A DNA stretch of 56,452 nucleotides, counting the filler, from Sluysia triapertura (taxonomy: Eukaryota): NCBI GenBank assembly GCA_046118255.1. It is 4 parts of 4 records of this genome, joined end to end, with 100 filler letters (N's around TTAATTAATTAA, not from the genome) between each part and the next. Parts side by side here need not be neighbours in the genome. Positions count along the whole stretch, not along the records: positions 14,376 to 29,920 come from JBJNIA010225683.1; positions 30,021 to 44,296 come from JBJNIA010000566.1; 2 more parts are not named here. The stretch is one strand, 5' to 3'. Shown piece after piece: positions 24,201 to 38,630 of the stretch (the stretch's first letter is position 1; each line of letters opens with the position of its first letter). The notes below the pieces were generated by a model. The model saw only the letters and a program-made list of their open reading frames with translations, did not search any database and was not told where the DNA came from. The position numbers and the translations under genes are program-made.

Positions 24201-27200
24201 TCAAATGTATTGTACAAATTTTTTTGATAATTATGGAGCATTTAAAATCCCGTTATTGCAACATAAAATTATTAACATTTTTAAAAAGAAAAGATTTTGT
24301 TAAATAGAGGATTCAAAAATTGGGTTTAATGATTTTTCTACCCAAACTTTACCGACCTGTACAAATCGAGGAATCTGTAATTAGACGGCAACTTGTTTCG
24401 AAAAAAGCAGCAGTATTTATTTTAAATTGCAATTTAATAGTATAGAAAATGAAATAGAAAATAATTAAATTTGATACGTCATTACTCAATTTAGAGCGCC
24501 AATAACAGAATATACTAATTAATATACTGATTAGTACTGAGTTTATAGAAGTCAAGGCTTTGATCAAGTTATATTGTTAACCATTGCTCGCCTAATGAGT
24601 TATACATATGTCCTAATAGATTTTCAAAAAATAAGAAATAAGTAAAACATGTTTGACTCATACAAAACAAAACACTACAAGTCTGTCATATATGATGCAG
24701 TTGCATACATGTAGTGGAGATTTGTGCAATAATGACAAAATAAGTTCACTAAGTGATTAAAGCTAAATATGTTAAGACATATAGCAAATCATCTTGTCGC
24801 AGACCCAACGTCAATTTTTAAATATGAATTTAAATTTAAAAATAATAGAAAATTAATATTAATATATTACAGTTTAAATAATTCTCATTTCTCAAAATGA
24901 AAATTATAACTACGTTTACTTTATAATTATTGTAATTGTTTTTGAATCGTTTATCTAATAAATCTTCAATTTTATTCTTTGTTGATTTAAAAAGTATTTA
25001 AAAGTTAAAAATAATTTATTCAATTTAACTAATGACTGTAACAATTTCAGCCTACCTTTTGTATGGCAACTGCATTGTCCGTTAATGTATGTATAAGATA
25101 AATACAATGTTGAAAAATTATGACAAATTTATTTAAAAATAATGTAAACTTGAAATTAATTAATAAATATGAAGAGTGACTAATATAAATAATCCATGAA
25201 GTACGAATGTGCATGCTTTAATTTTTCGGATAAATGTAATTTCTCAGTGTAGATTGCACGCATTTTAACAGGTTTGAATTGTGAATGAAAACTTATTTTA
25301 CAAGAAAATAAAAACTGCTTAAAAAATTCCTCAAACGGTCATAAATTATTAAATTCTTTAACTATCTTAAACATGCTAACATTCATTTTAAATAAAAATC
25401 ATGATTTCTATTTGGTAGAACTTCAAAGATGTCTTGCATTTTTATGATCAAGTCTACGAAACGCTGATTGAAAAGTAAACAAGTCTTGCTTGTCGAAAAC
25501 GTTCTTTATTTCAAGACAAAAAGACCAACGGCAAAAATCAGGAATTGTGCAGTCCGAAAATTCTCTCTCATCCAGTCCAGACGTTGTTCTATCTGACTAA
25601 GGTCTCTTCCGATCAATGAAAGATCGTTAATTTGGATCATTCGATAAGTTGAAACCTTTCAAGAATTTTCCGATTTAAAGCCGAAAAAATGATACTTTAA
25701 CTAAACACAAAATCTTGCTGATCACTGGCAGAAGGTCTTGAGCAATTATGGTCTTTATTGTTGCTTTTTTGAATAAATTCTTACATAAAAAATCATTATT
25801 TTAACACAGAGCATGAACTTTTCTTTATGGATTTGTTTACACAAACGGTATTTTGAAATCATCAAATAAAATTACATACAGTTGTTTATTAATGTCAAAA
25901 TAAACTTACTGGTCACCTTCGAAGTTGAAATTACAGCGACATTTTGGTTTGCCTTGATAAACATAACACACACCATCATTAAAACAATAATTATCCGAAC
26001 ACACTTTTGTTTGGCATTTATCACCAGTATAATCGGTTAAACAATCACAAGTTGGTCTTCCATTTCTCGGAACACATTGACCGCCATTTAAACAATACGT
26101 ATTGCTACATACCGACTGATCACAATTAGGTCCGTAGAAACCAGTCCCTAGACAGTCACATATGGGACGTCTATTTACACCACTACCTTCAATAATACAT
26201 CTTCCTCCATTTTTACAATAGTAGTTAGGACAAATTGGTATTTCGCACTGCTTGCCTTGATATTTAGTAAGACTGCAATCACAAGTTGGTTGATCATTTA
26301 CTATGTGACACCGCCCATCATTGTAACAATAGTTATAAGTACAATGTGATACTTCACAGTAATCTCCTCGATAACCAGTTCCACCGCAATCACACCTAGG
26401 TTCGTTATTATACAAGAAACAACGACCGCCATTTTTACAATAATTTAAAGGACAACGTGGTTGAAGTTTATCGCAGTGATCTCCAGTATAACCTGTTCCA
26501 GAGCAATTACATGCTATTTTTGTATTAGAAACACTATAACAGTTTCCACCATTCAAACAGAAATTACTGGTACATTTTACTGGATCTGATTAAATATAGA
26601 TCAATTAATAAATATTATATACGAAATAAAATCTAATTTAATTATAAAATTTACCTTTTGTAATATATTATTACTGAAGTTTCTTGAAGGTCCTAATATT
26701 TTATCGACTGCATATTTATTTTGTATTTTCATTTTTATATGAATTGTAATTTTAATCCAAATATCAAAATTTGTTTGATAAATATACAATTACTGCTTTT
26801 TCCGAAGAAATAAAATTAAAAAAATAAAAATGAGAACATTTTTTAAATGAAAATATTCTGTTCTACAAATTTTTCTATAAATTACAAAATGTTAAAATAA
26901 ATGTGTTTTATTAACGAATGTCTAGTAATATAATTTTAATTGGATATATAAATTAAATATTTACTAAATAAAAAATGTGATGATAATAATAACAGTAAAT
27001 GACAAAATATATATCGATAATTGCATACTTTTAATGACTAATTGTGCTAATTAAAACATTTTTTATTTGTGCATAAATACATTTTAAGTTTCGTTTCATT
27101 TTGGCACAAATATAAATCTATATTTTACAAATGCACGAAAATGAACTTTAAAAATGTTAATATATTGAATGTAACTTTTTATTCTAGGCATTTTAATATT

Positions 27201-28343
27201 TGTCTAACAATTAATAAATACGAAGATATATACGTGTGTAACAATAAAATATAAAATGAATCCTCATCTTTCATGTCACTAATATTATTTTTAAGAATAC
27301 CAATAAAATTCTAGATTATAAATTAAGTTTGTATTGAAAATCTTTGAATATATTTTTTAAAATACTACCTGCATTAGTTAAAGAAAATAATCGTAGCATT
27401 GTTTTCTTTAGTGCAAACACTTAAAGATGTTATTCTATGATATAGATTTTACTAAAAAATAATAATGACAAACATAATATTATGTAACAATCTTAAATAA
27501 GTGATTAATGCAACTCATACTAAATGTAGCAAAATCAATTGATTATTTTTACCAAGTAAGAGTTAATGCAAATTTAGAATAAAACTATTAATCATTAAAA
27601 GTATTATGAAATTAAAAAAAATAATTATTTAATTAAGTTATACACATCACGTACTTTGACAACCAGAACAATCCAATGAGTTAATTGGAAATGTTGCTCG
27701 AGCAGTAGACAACAAATTACGATTGAAATTGCTTTCAGATGTTAAAAAGTCTCCTAAACAACCAACCATTGAACGATCAGTTTCAAATGAGATTTTTTCT
27801 GCCAAATACGGATAAGTAATACGAATTTGAGAAAATACTGATTCATAAACAATATCTGGCATACCACCAAAGTAAAACGTCAATTTATTAAAATATGGAG
27901 CTTGATTAAGTACTAAATATTGTGTAGTTGGATTAAGACCTTTATCAATGAATACCATTAATCGTTTCAGTGACTTGTGAATCATAACTGTAGCCCGATG
28001 CCATTGATTGTCACTACTTTTAAATCGAGATCCGTCTTCTATTTTAATAACTTGTGCATCTTCATTAATTCTGTAAGCCAACATAAGCTGATTATCGACT
28101 ATGAAGAGAGTTAAACGAAATCCTTGTGGATTTATTTCATCGTATGTCTAAATAAATAAATAATATAAGTAATATAATTGTGACTTTTATATTAGAGAAA
28201 AACAAGATAAAATCCACATATAATGACGCATAACTTCCTCTACTTTAAAATTGTTAATTTTAATTTACTTATTAATATTTAGAGTAATATAATTATATTA
28301 AATAATATATGTTAATAATCATTACTAAATATTAGTGACACAA

Positions 28344-28409
<66 letters not shown>

Positions 28410-28880
28410 GCTAACATGCCATATAATACCATTATACTTCGTTTTAAATTCAATAAAGAATCCAAATTCTTCACCTTTCGTGTACACATCAGTAACTTGA
28501 GTCCAACGATGTTTATCAGTCAAAGTACATTGAACAGGAGGATCACGAGGATAAGGTGGCAAAGGTGGATCGACTGGTTTTGGTGTTTTTGTAGTTCCTC
28601 GATAAGTACCTGGTAGAACCGGAGTACCCAGAAAATCATATTCATTCCAGTAAAAATTTCGAAAAGAACCGACCATTTTCACATCATTAGTTTCGAAATT
28701 ATTGGATCCAACAATAATATATTCGAATGCATTATCAAACGTCCTACTTATTATAGGTATTTTATGAGATACCATATTTGATTTATCATCAACATACAAT
28801 CTTATATGATCAGCTCTTCGCTTAATATAAACTGTGTGCCATTGATTGTCATTGAGTCCACCTTTACGAATTTGAAATCT
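18719..28880 (-). CDS. Neurexin/Caspr/axotactin-like laminin-G plus EGF-repeat protein (partial, 10 exons)
   Basis: Phase-compatible GT-AG exons: 28880-28416, 28147-27655, 26585-25910, 23939-23590, 21145-20973, 20852-20690, 19944-19630, 19248-19073, 19020-18855, 18811-18719. LamG motifs include LNDNQWHTV, DNQWHRA, GCL, TSTDSITIGFQT, VNDGTYHVV and FQGAIG. EGF repeats are of the C.C.GTGY.G..C type. Both ends are missing. Confidence 0.9.
19419..19552. mobile_element. pogo/Tigger-like MITE (CAGTCAAACCTGTTTTTATGCG family)
   Basis: Left GTCAAACCTGTTTTTTTGCG and right CGCATTAAAGCAGATTGACTG|TA are imperfect inverted repeats. The same terminus occurs at 33429 and 41437. Confidence 0.6.
21201..21256. 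repeat. (ATT)n microsatellite; reads (AAT)n in the gene sense, about 55 nt upstream of an acceptor
   Basis: Seen directly in sequence. Confidence 0.9.
25480..25760 (+). mobile_element. Mariner (DD34D-type) transposase C-terminal remnant in an intron
   Basis: Blocks FQDK, HP..SPDVVLSD*GLFRSMK (compare HPPYSPDLAPSDYHLFRSM) and NLADHWQKVLSNYGLY (compare LVERWQKVIENNGEY). Confidence 0.75.
28344..28408. repeat. (AAT)n microsatellite; reads (ATT)n in the gene sense, just after a donor site
   Basis: Begins about 7 nt inside the intron that starts at 28415. Confidence 0.9.
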
Positions 28881-29121
28881 CTATAATTATTTTATAATTA
28901 AATTTTATTACATAATCTAAATTTCAAAATATTTAGTAGCCCTTAAAAAGATATTCAAATATAAATATTAATATTGTCGATATGTTACTATTAAGATACA
29001 AGCCTACTAATGAAATAAAACTGAAAAAATTGTTGATTTTTTGTTTAAATTTTAAAATTATTTTTTGCTTGTGTGTATGTTTTGTTTAAATATATTTTAT
29101 TTAGGAAAAATTTGCAATAAT

Positions 29122-29640
29122 ATGAATCAAGATGAATATAGATCAATGATAAAAAAAGAAATATTCAAATAATTAAGCAATGTCTATGAAAATGAATGCC
29201 CATCATGTGCAACATTTAATGCAACAATAAGAATTATTCAAATTTATAGCTTAAAATCATCGATTATCAATAAAGGATTTATCGACAGAGTTAATATTAC
29301 AGTTGGATCAATTTTTAAATTACTTTTGTCAATGGGGTTAAGAAAATTGTATATTTTCATAATAATGTCATAATACGCATTGCAGTGAATACGAAAAGCT
29401 CGATCAAAAAATTACAACTAACTAAATTAAAACCCTTATAATTTAGTTTGATGTTGTTCCGAACGATTTTTGGCTGTTCAAATAATTAAAGAAGTTTTTG
29501 AGAATATTCCGAATTGATTTTCATTGTTAAGAAACTTTTCGAAGAAGGGATTGACTTTTATTATAAAAGCATGGAAGAAGTATATGGAATGAAATAGTTT
29601 TTACATTGAAATATATTGCTAAATATATATGTTAAATATT
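29122..29640 (+). mobile_element. Internally deleted mariner remnant
   Basis: MNQDEYRSMIK..KEIFK*LSNVYENECPSCAT (mariner N-terminal HTH) and VPNDFWLFK*LKKF (compare APSDFWLFPKLKK). Confidence 0.65.
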
Positions 29641-29848
29641 GTGTTGATATTTATTTTTTTAAGTTAAGCTCGCTAACACGTACAACGGTTATTTATTTAA
29701 ATTGAAACTTCACCGGATCAAAGTAAAGAACACTGACAAAACTATTTATAAATATCTATTTATAAAAACGTATTTATGTAAATTATTTGTAATATAAACA
29801 CATGTTTCTATTTATTGCCTGTAGAAAACTAGATAAACATATTTACTG

Positions 29849-29852
<4 letters not shown>

Positions 29853-29920
<68 letters not shown>
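29853..29920. repeat. (ATT)n microsatellite at contig end
   Basis: Pure ATT run abutting the linker. Confidence 0.95.
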
Positions 29921-30020
29921 NNNNNNNNNNNNNNNNNNNNNNNNNNNNNNNNNNNNNNNNNNNNTTAATTAATTAANNNNNNNNNNNNNNNNNNNNNNNN
30001 NNNNNNNNNNNNNNNNNNNN
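29921..30020. other. Artificial contig-joining linker
   Basis: 44 N + TTAATTAATTAA + 44 N. Confidence 0.97.
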
Positions 30021-30038
30021 CACTGAGCTATCAGCCCC
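30021..30038 (-). tRNA. 5' end of a tRNA or tRNA-derived SINE, cut by the contig edge
   Basis: Minus strand reads GGGGCTGA-TAGCTCAGTG, an acceptor-stem-like 5' strand plus a Pol III A-box. Only 18 nt are visible, so the isotype cannot be assigned. Confidence 0.35.
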
Positions 30039-30995
30039 GTCTAACAATTTCATTTTCAATATATTCAATTATACTACTTGGCACTTTTTAGGCCTTTAAC
30101 CCAACAATAATAAATGTTTATTAGTACAAATTACAGTTTTTTAAAACATTAATTAGACAATGAAATATAAATAAGAACATTATTTCATTAAGCTTTCCTA
30201 ATGAAAAATAACATTTTAAAACCGATTTTGTATCTGGCGTAAAGTTAATTAGATTTTATTCTGGATTTTACACTTTACGTAAATAAATAACTTTAACGCA
30301 AAAATTTACGGACATTAACAAAATTATGAATAATTCCAAATTGAACCAATAAATAGTGCCAATAATGTCAAAAATAATAACAAATTAAGTTAATATACTG
30401 ACTTTTTTCTATATATTTTCTTTTTTAGCTTCTTGTCGCTTTCTAAATTAATTCTATTTTATTCATATTATTTTGAAACTAATAATATTTGTGCCTTCTT
30501 TTTTAATGAATTTAATATTTCTTCAATATCTGTTTTTTTAATTAAAATTTTCTAATTCAGTTTCCATTTTCTAAAATTTTATTCAAAATTTTTATATTAC
30601 TATTAAAAATTTTAATATTAAAAATATTATTAAACAAAATGACGCATTTTTAAAAACATAAAATGGATTTTATGACAAGTCAATTTTGGAATGTCAATAT
30701 ATCATATAGTTTTGTTTATGTTTGTTACTTTAACCAATTTGTAAACCACATAACATAGACAATAAATTGAAAAGTTAAATATTTTATTAATATAAATTAT
30801 AAACATATTGTTCTATTATATATAGAAAACAATATGTAATTGTATTATGTTTTTAAAATAAGTTTTAGGAAATAATCTATTAATATATATAAATTAATAA
30901 GTCTAATTTACTCTAATAATTGAATTTTTTATTTCATGACTTATCGTAAATTCAAGGACTAATAAAATTAAATAATTTAATTAAGATATTTTAAA

Positions 30996-32627
30996 ATGGA
31001 TTTATACGATGATTATGGATTAGAAGAAGATAAGATGTAATGATAATTATGTAATACAACTATTAAATTTAGGGGTATGACTGTTACAAGTGGGTCAGTT
31101 ACATTACAAAAAGATTCACAAAATCTTATTGGTATAAGTATTGGCGGTGGTGCTCCATATTGTCCTTGTTTATATGTAGTCCAAGTGTTTGACAACACTG
31201 CTGCAGCCAAGGATGGTAGTTTAGCATCGGGAGACGAAATAACAGGAGTTAATGGAAATTCGGTAAAAGGAAAAAGTAAAGTCGAAGTTGCTCGATTAAT
31301 CCAGAGTTATAGAGTATAAATTGTATAATGAAAATTATTTTTTCTTAGGGAGAAGTCACAATAAATTATAATAAACTTCATGCTGATCCTAAACAAGGAA
31401 AAACTTTAGATATAAGTAAGATAATTTTTAGTTATTTATATCGAAATGTATTAAGTATCCGATAATATTCTTTTAAATTAGATAATTAATTACCCTCATT
31501 ATTAATATATGATATATTTAATTCACAATACTTTACACAGTGTCTTTGTACATCAAACATTAAAGTATATTATACTAAAGCTAACTTAAATTCATAAAAT
31601 TAATTATAATATATCCTATTATATTACACCAACTGCATCGTTGAAGAAAAACACATTTTTATTATACTTTTCTGTTAATGTGTAAATATTTGTCTAAATT
31701 CGAATTATGCAAGATTAATCATTAACTACTTTTATACACTAAAAGACATAAACGAGACAAATTACATTTTGACATAAAATGAGAATTATTTTATTTTCCA
31801 GTTTTATATTTACTAAAATAATGCTCCTATGTAGCTTTAGTGTAAAGCAGATGCAAAAAAGAAATAATTAATCTCCCATTTAGTATTTAAAATGAGAATA
31901 ATTTATTTTTTCAGTGCAATACTTCACATTTATAAGATCTTTCATATATGTATATTTTTACTCTTAAATTTCTTTATATTATACTTTAAATTTTAAAAGC
32001 CTATGAATGGCTGTATCTGAACTTATGACAATGTTAAATAATAAAGAAATGAAATTATTTTTTCAATTATTCACTAACTATCAGACTTTTAAAAGTCGCA
32101 CAAAACACTGTTAAGTTAGTAAATCTTTATTAACTTATTCTTGTCATAACATTGATGAATAATTATGCTTTTTTTCTAACTGATCATTCATTTATATTCT
32201 TTGTCAGTAAATGCAAAATATAATTGACACTGCTTACTTTTTTAAAATATATAAACGTTAGAAAAAACAATCATAAATATTTCCTATTTTCACTGTACAC
32301 GAAGCTATATAGTTAATACTAATAATCTTTTTTTAAATTTCCTTTAATAATTTCTTTATATTCAAACCACTACATTTCATTAACTTCCTTTTAGATGAAA
32401 CAATTTTCATTTCCCATGTCGGTATATTATCAATGAGCTAGGTGATGGACTATGTACTATTTATGTTTCAAAAATATACAACCAGTTATAAGGGAATATT
32501 AAATTACTAAAATATTATAAAGCATTTAAGAAAAAGACAAATTCTTTTTATTTCAAAATATTATGAATTATTTATTTTAAGCGCTTTTTAGTTTTTCTTT
32601 TATAGTTGATACTAGTACAATATAATC

Positions 32628-32685
<58 letters not shown>

Positions 32686-34674
32686 CTTGATACTTCCATT
32701 TTGTTGAAAATAATTTGTAGAATGAAATGAATCATTCAAATACTTTGTTTAGAGTGTCATGCTGAAAAATTTACAAATAGAGTAAAGTTTCATTTTTGGT
32801 TAATAATTTTCTCAAAGAATTGCTCAATATTAATTGATCGTGACTAATTTGAATTGCACTAATATTACCAATAATGATTTCAAGATTTGAGTCATGATTG
32901 TTGCTTCTTCCTCTACTTATCCAGAAAAATTTCGAATTTCTAAATTATCCTAGGGAAGGCTTGAATTTTGGATGCACATTTATTTTTGAGTAATCTAAAC
33001 GAAATAAGATTTAATTTTTCTAGAAAGATCTACAAAAAACCAAGCACTACCATATGTTGTATGTAGAATCTCTATGATAAAGAGAATTCTGCTTAAATAG
33101 TTAACACATCAGCTTACATTAATATTAGCCTTTGTATTATTGAAATTTGTTTTATTATAATAATTTTAGTACTTTAAATTGCTTTAGATTTTTTGCTTAA
33201 TGTATGCTGTCGTAAGATAAATAATCCTTTAGTTTAGAAGTGTGACTCCGTGAAAAATTTTGACATTCAAGTATATCTTCATTGTTCATCTCAAAAAACA
33301 CTTTAGTACAAGAATATTTATAATATTTACTAGAATATTCAGGTCTTAGTGAAAGCATACAATTTGGTCGATTTCATCAGATATATTTAGCAGGTGCTAT
33401 GTTTTTCAAAAAGTCTTAGAGTTGAGTACAGTCAAGTCTGTTTTTATGTGGGGGATGGGATCCGAATAAAAAACGCTTAAAAATATACCGAAACTGCAAA
33501 ACAATAAAAAAGTCTCACAAAAATTCATACAAAAAATTGCAGAAAAACAGTTTTGGCTTTAGTTCATTTTCCACATCATTTCCCAGTTTTACTTATTCGA
33601 ATGTTTTTCTGTTTTTTGTTCTTAGTAGTTGAATTTGTTATAGACAGATTAAAAAATAAAACTAAGTGATTTATAAAAACAATTAAAACTTACAAAATAT
33701 TCTAAAATAATGTTGACTGAACTAAATTCAGTACGTTTATAATTTTATTCCAGTTTTAGAAATTAGAGGAAAGTAAAATATTGTTAAAGAAGTTTAAAGG
33801 TTAATAATTATACACCTCTTTAAATTTAAACATATGTTTGGGTTTAAGTGTTTAATCAAGGTCACACTCCTGGAGTTGGGTGTAGCATAATGTGTGTATT
33901 AAATTAAATAAGTGCTTTTTTAAAGTTTATTTGACAATTTTAATAATAATTTAGTACCAAAGAAACAAATAAATTAATTTTTTATTTATTTATTTCAAAC
34001 TAATTTATTTATTTATTTCAAACTAATAATTTCATAACAATTTTTGATAATTTTAATTTTAAACAGGCCCAATATCAACTGTTTTTCTTTGGCCACACAT
34101 TTGTTTGCTACTTTAAGCGGGTTTCAACTTAACGTACATTATAATTAAGAATTTGATATAATAAATGAAACAATAATTGATTTATGAAAGCATTTAGTAT
34201 TTGGTTTTGCATTTCTTCATATTAAATGCTTAATTTTTCTTCAAAAGCAAATACTTGCAATTTTTGAAATAATTTTATTTTATATTGTACAATAATCTTT
34301 ATAATGTTTATAAGTAGAAATAAAATTGTAAAGAAACCTAGGACATTGCTTCTGTAAAAAAAGTTGTCACAAGTGCTATGTATTTCCTTGTGGTTCTTAG
34401 GTTATATATATTTCTTAAACTGTAAATTGTTTTCAGAGAGAAACTAATCTGTTGAAGAATATCTATTATTACATTATGAAACTAATTTTTTATTTTTATA
34501 TTAATATTATTATATTAGTAATATTATATTAATAATATTTTGAAGATATTCAATTAAGTTTGATTTGTCATAAGAATACATTCAAAAATTCTTTATGAAT
34601 TGAACTCTGTAATAATTAATATCTGACGAAAATGGATAAATTCAATTAATAATAATAATAATAGTAATAATAAT

Positions 34675-34723
<49 letters not shown>

Positions 34724-37700
34724 TAAATTTATATTGTACTAATATTTACCATAAAATAAGTACGAAAACGAGCTTAAATTAAACCATTCATTATAATGTT
34801 TTTGAATATTTTACAACATTTTCTTAAATATTTTATAATCTTCCAGTAATTTTACTTTTTCAGGGACATGCATCCCTCGTTTAACACGGTGCAAAATTTG
34901 CGACTTATAACAAGATTTCGATTTTACACTATTTTAAGAATTTAATCTTAATTATTTACTCAAGAAGAATTCTAAACTGAATTTCTAATTCTATTAAATT
35001 AATGACGACATAAAAAAGAGGTTATTTACTCTGACAGTATCATTCCGTTATTCGTAAATGAAATTGATGAGGCTATTTTTATTTTTATAAAAATAAATAG
35101 TAAATTTTGAAAACAACTAACAATAAATTATATAATCTTCATTTGGACTATTAAATTAATAAAAATAAAGACTCTTATAATGTGAAAAATTGTATTGTTA
35201 ATTTTGTTTTAAATTTAATACAAATACAAATATAAATATTTATATAGTGCCTGAGCAGAACAAGGAAAAGTAATTTAGACAGAAAGTTGTTACACTTGAA
35301 CAAAAGATTGAAATATCTAGACCATAGAAAAATTGGATGTACCACGTCAAATATTGCAAATTCATTAAATTTAAATGAAGCTACAGTTCGAACTATTCTA
35401 AAAAATGAAATACAAATTAGTAACCGGTTATTTCCAAGGCGCAAAACACGTATCACGTAAACGGGACAAATATTTTAAAAATGGAACATGCTCTTATAAT
35501 ATGGATGGAGAATGGCATGGATAAAAGAATCCCTTTGAGCACTCTTATAATTAAACAAAAAGTCCTCAGAATTTACGAACATTTTGAAAAAGACAAAAGT
35601 TTTTCTAAAGAACATTCAGACTTATCCTTTTGGCAAGCAAAGGGTGTTTTCATTAAGCAATATACAATTTCAAGAAGAACAAGCCTCGGCAGATGTAGTG
35701 TCGGCACTAAAAGGTATAATCGAAATATCAAAAGTCGCTGTTATTAAATTATGACATTGTCAAACGAATTCTTTTCGTCTGAAAAGGTAAACACAAAACT
35801 GCAGTAGAAATAGTTAACTTTCATTTATCTCGGACTGCTGCGATTGCCACTTTAGGATTCTGGACCATCGAATTTAATTGCTTAATTCAACAATTATAAT
35901 TTCAATAAAAAGAAAAGTGATTCGTGTAATATTATTTTAACTATATTATTGAATTTCTTTTATAATAAATTTTATGTATTGATTTAATTTCCTNNNNNNN
36001 NNNNNNNNNNNNNNNNNNNNNNNNNNNNNNNNNNNNNNNNNNNNNNNNNNNNNNNNNNNNNNNNNNNNNNNNNNNNNNNNNNNNNNNNNNNNNNNNNNNN
36101 NNNNNNNNNNNNNNNNNNNNNNNNNNNNTTTTATTTTTATCAAGCAATAAGATGATCCGAAATGTGTTAAACTTGTTATCCTTAATAAAAATACGCACAA
36201 TACTTTTATATAAAACTTGTTAATTAATGTAAATTTATTTACTAATCAATGCAACTCAAATAAAAAAACAGAAAATGTCAATGTTTGATAATAACGTTAC
36301 ATATTTCTCGCATTTATTATATTGTGAAAATTCTGCTGTCTAACTTCAATAATAATGTATATAATATTTATTTATGTTGACTTTATAATATTTTGTAATA
36401 TATGAATGAGCAATTTATAAGTAGAAAATGACAAATATTTTATCAAATTTTTCAAGAAATCATTTGAAAATATTTTATTATTTTGCTTTTAAGCATACCA
36501 AGAAAAAATTAATAATTGTACAATTATTAACAGAGAAGAATAACTCGATTCATCCATCAGATTCATCCATCTCTACGTAAAATCGAATTTTTGTGATGGA
36601 GTATATTTGTGTAATGAATGTGTTCATTTTGAATTTAGATTTAATGGTGCATTGATATAAATGTTGAGAATGAAGTGTAGTTTTAGGCCGAGTGGAGTTT
36701 ATTGAATTTGAAAATTTTGAACTGAGGTTGATATGATTGTGACTCATGCAGCTATTTGTTATTTTTATGTTAGGATACGTTTAATTAATGCGGTTGTATG
36801 TGCGTTTTAGAATTATGTTTGGTGTAAGTGTTGAGAATGAAATGTTAATCTGAATAGATTTTGTAATCGTTTGAACTTATATTATCTATGTTGTTTGAAA
36901 ATTTTGAAGTAAGACAAATATGATGGCGAATTATGTAGTAATTGATAATGTGCTTGATTCCTATAAGATATCTTTATAATTTCGTTAATATTTAAATGGA
37001 CATCACAAAAGATACTCTTTTATCATTTCTTTAATATTAAGTATTAAAGTATTTAATATTATTTTTATAATTTTAATCACGTTTGATCTTAAACTGAAGA
37101 AAGGCAATTTATGAATTATCACTTATGGATTTGATTAAAATATGATTCAGTTTCTAATTTTGGCTCAGATTTATTTCAATCTGAAAACCGAATGATAATA
37201 ATCGGGTAGCTTATTATTTTTTCTAGGAATCTCATTAAAATTATCTTTATTTAGCATGAGCGCTCGGTCATTGACTTCGTATTAGTACGGTGAAAATGAA
37301 AATGAAAGTATAAGATTATATAAATGATATAATAAAACTTGTTACGACAAAAATGATATAAATAATACACAAAAACAAGGTCTGAATCGAATTGTAGAAT
37401 TGGTTTGGAATAATTCATACTAAATCTTTTGAAGGGTTGAACAAAACAATTGTTAAAGAGAATTAAATTATGATTAAAATGTATGAAAAAGCATTGTCAG
37501 TTATATTACAAACTAACCTATCTTTGCCCGCACCTCATCCTTCAGCAAGTATTAATCAAATGTTTAATTTTTAATTTAGTTCAATTAATGCAAGATTTAA
37601 GATTCCACACGATGTTAAACAATACCGGTCATTTGAGTTAGCCAACGGTTGTTCACTTTTATCAATTATGATTATCCTAATCTACAATCGGATTATTTAA

Positions 37701-38573
37701 TAATACTGTTCAATATTCACATCAAATAATGGTTGCCACTAAAAGTTGTTTCGACTATTGGATATTGATATAAAGAAAAACTGCTTTTAATAGTGTTTTC
37801 TACCAATATTATAAATTTATTAATTTCTGCTTATTGTTTAACTCTATTACATGACCAATATCTTTCTCTAATATAACCGATTTTTCTGCACATTAATTTT
37901 TCTGTAATATTGGTTTAGCCATATTCTAATTCATACATACATTCATGTAGTGGTTATTTGTTGATTTAGTGTTAGTTTCTTTATTTCTATTTTAACAAAA
38001 TCAGATTTCTTTATTTCCGGTTCTATCCGTAATCTTTTCGCTTTGCTAATTAATCCATTAACTGCCACAATTTCCATTTGGGGCGTCTGGAATTTTTCTT
38101 ATTACTTAGCGCGAAGAATACTTCAGATTCGTTTGACAGTTTAATGTCATTTTATACATTGTTAATAAATTGTTAATTTTTTGTTTTTTAATAATTTTCT
38201 TTTCAACAAGTGAAAATATTTGGAAATCATATACACATATTTTTCGATCAGCAATTAAAACAACTTTAGCAGTTAATGGCAGTTAATCGAAATCGCCGCC
38301 TTCATTCTATTTTGTTTTTCGTTTCAGAATATATTAAGACATTAAAATTACCGAGATAATTTTATTTTTATAAAATTATTAAAAGTTTTTAAAAACTATT
38401 AAACATTATTAAAAGTTTAATTATTAAATAAAAATGTCTTAGACCAATATCACAAAATTATAATGCTAGCTAATAATTAAATTTATGAAATCAATATATT
38501 TATAAACATTTCAATAAAAAAAGCAAAAAATAAAAATTTTTGTAACATTTTCAGAAATTAATGATAATAATAA

Positions 38574-38630
<57 letters not shown>

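Noticed and set aside
28335-28616. Poly-Asn and poly-Ile ORFs (also 44047-44259 and the tails of 18983-19198 and 28332-28799)
   Set aside because: These are translations of (AAT)n/(ATT)n microsatellites or read-through into introns.
30400-30570. Purine-rich minus-strand stretch resembling a gene divergent from PICK1
   Set aside because: The ATG frame stops after 9 codons and no consistent splice model could be built.
37515-37560. P-loop-like LILAEG*GAGKD on the minus strand
   Set aside because: It contains a stop, lacks GK[ST], and has no supporting downstream motifs.
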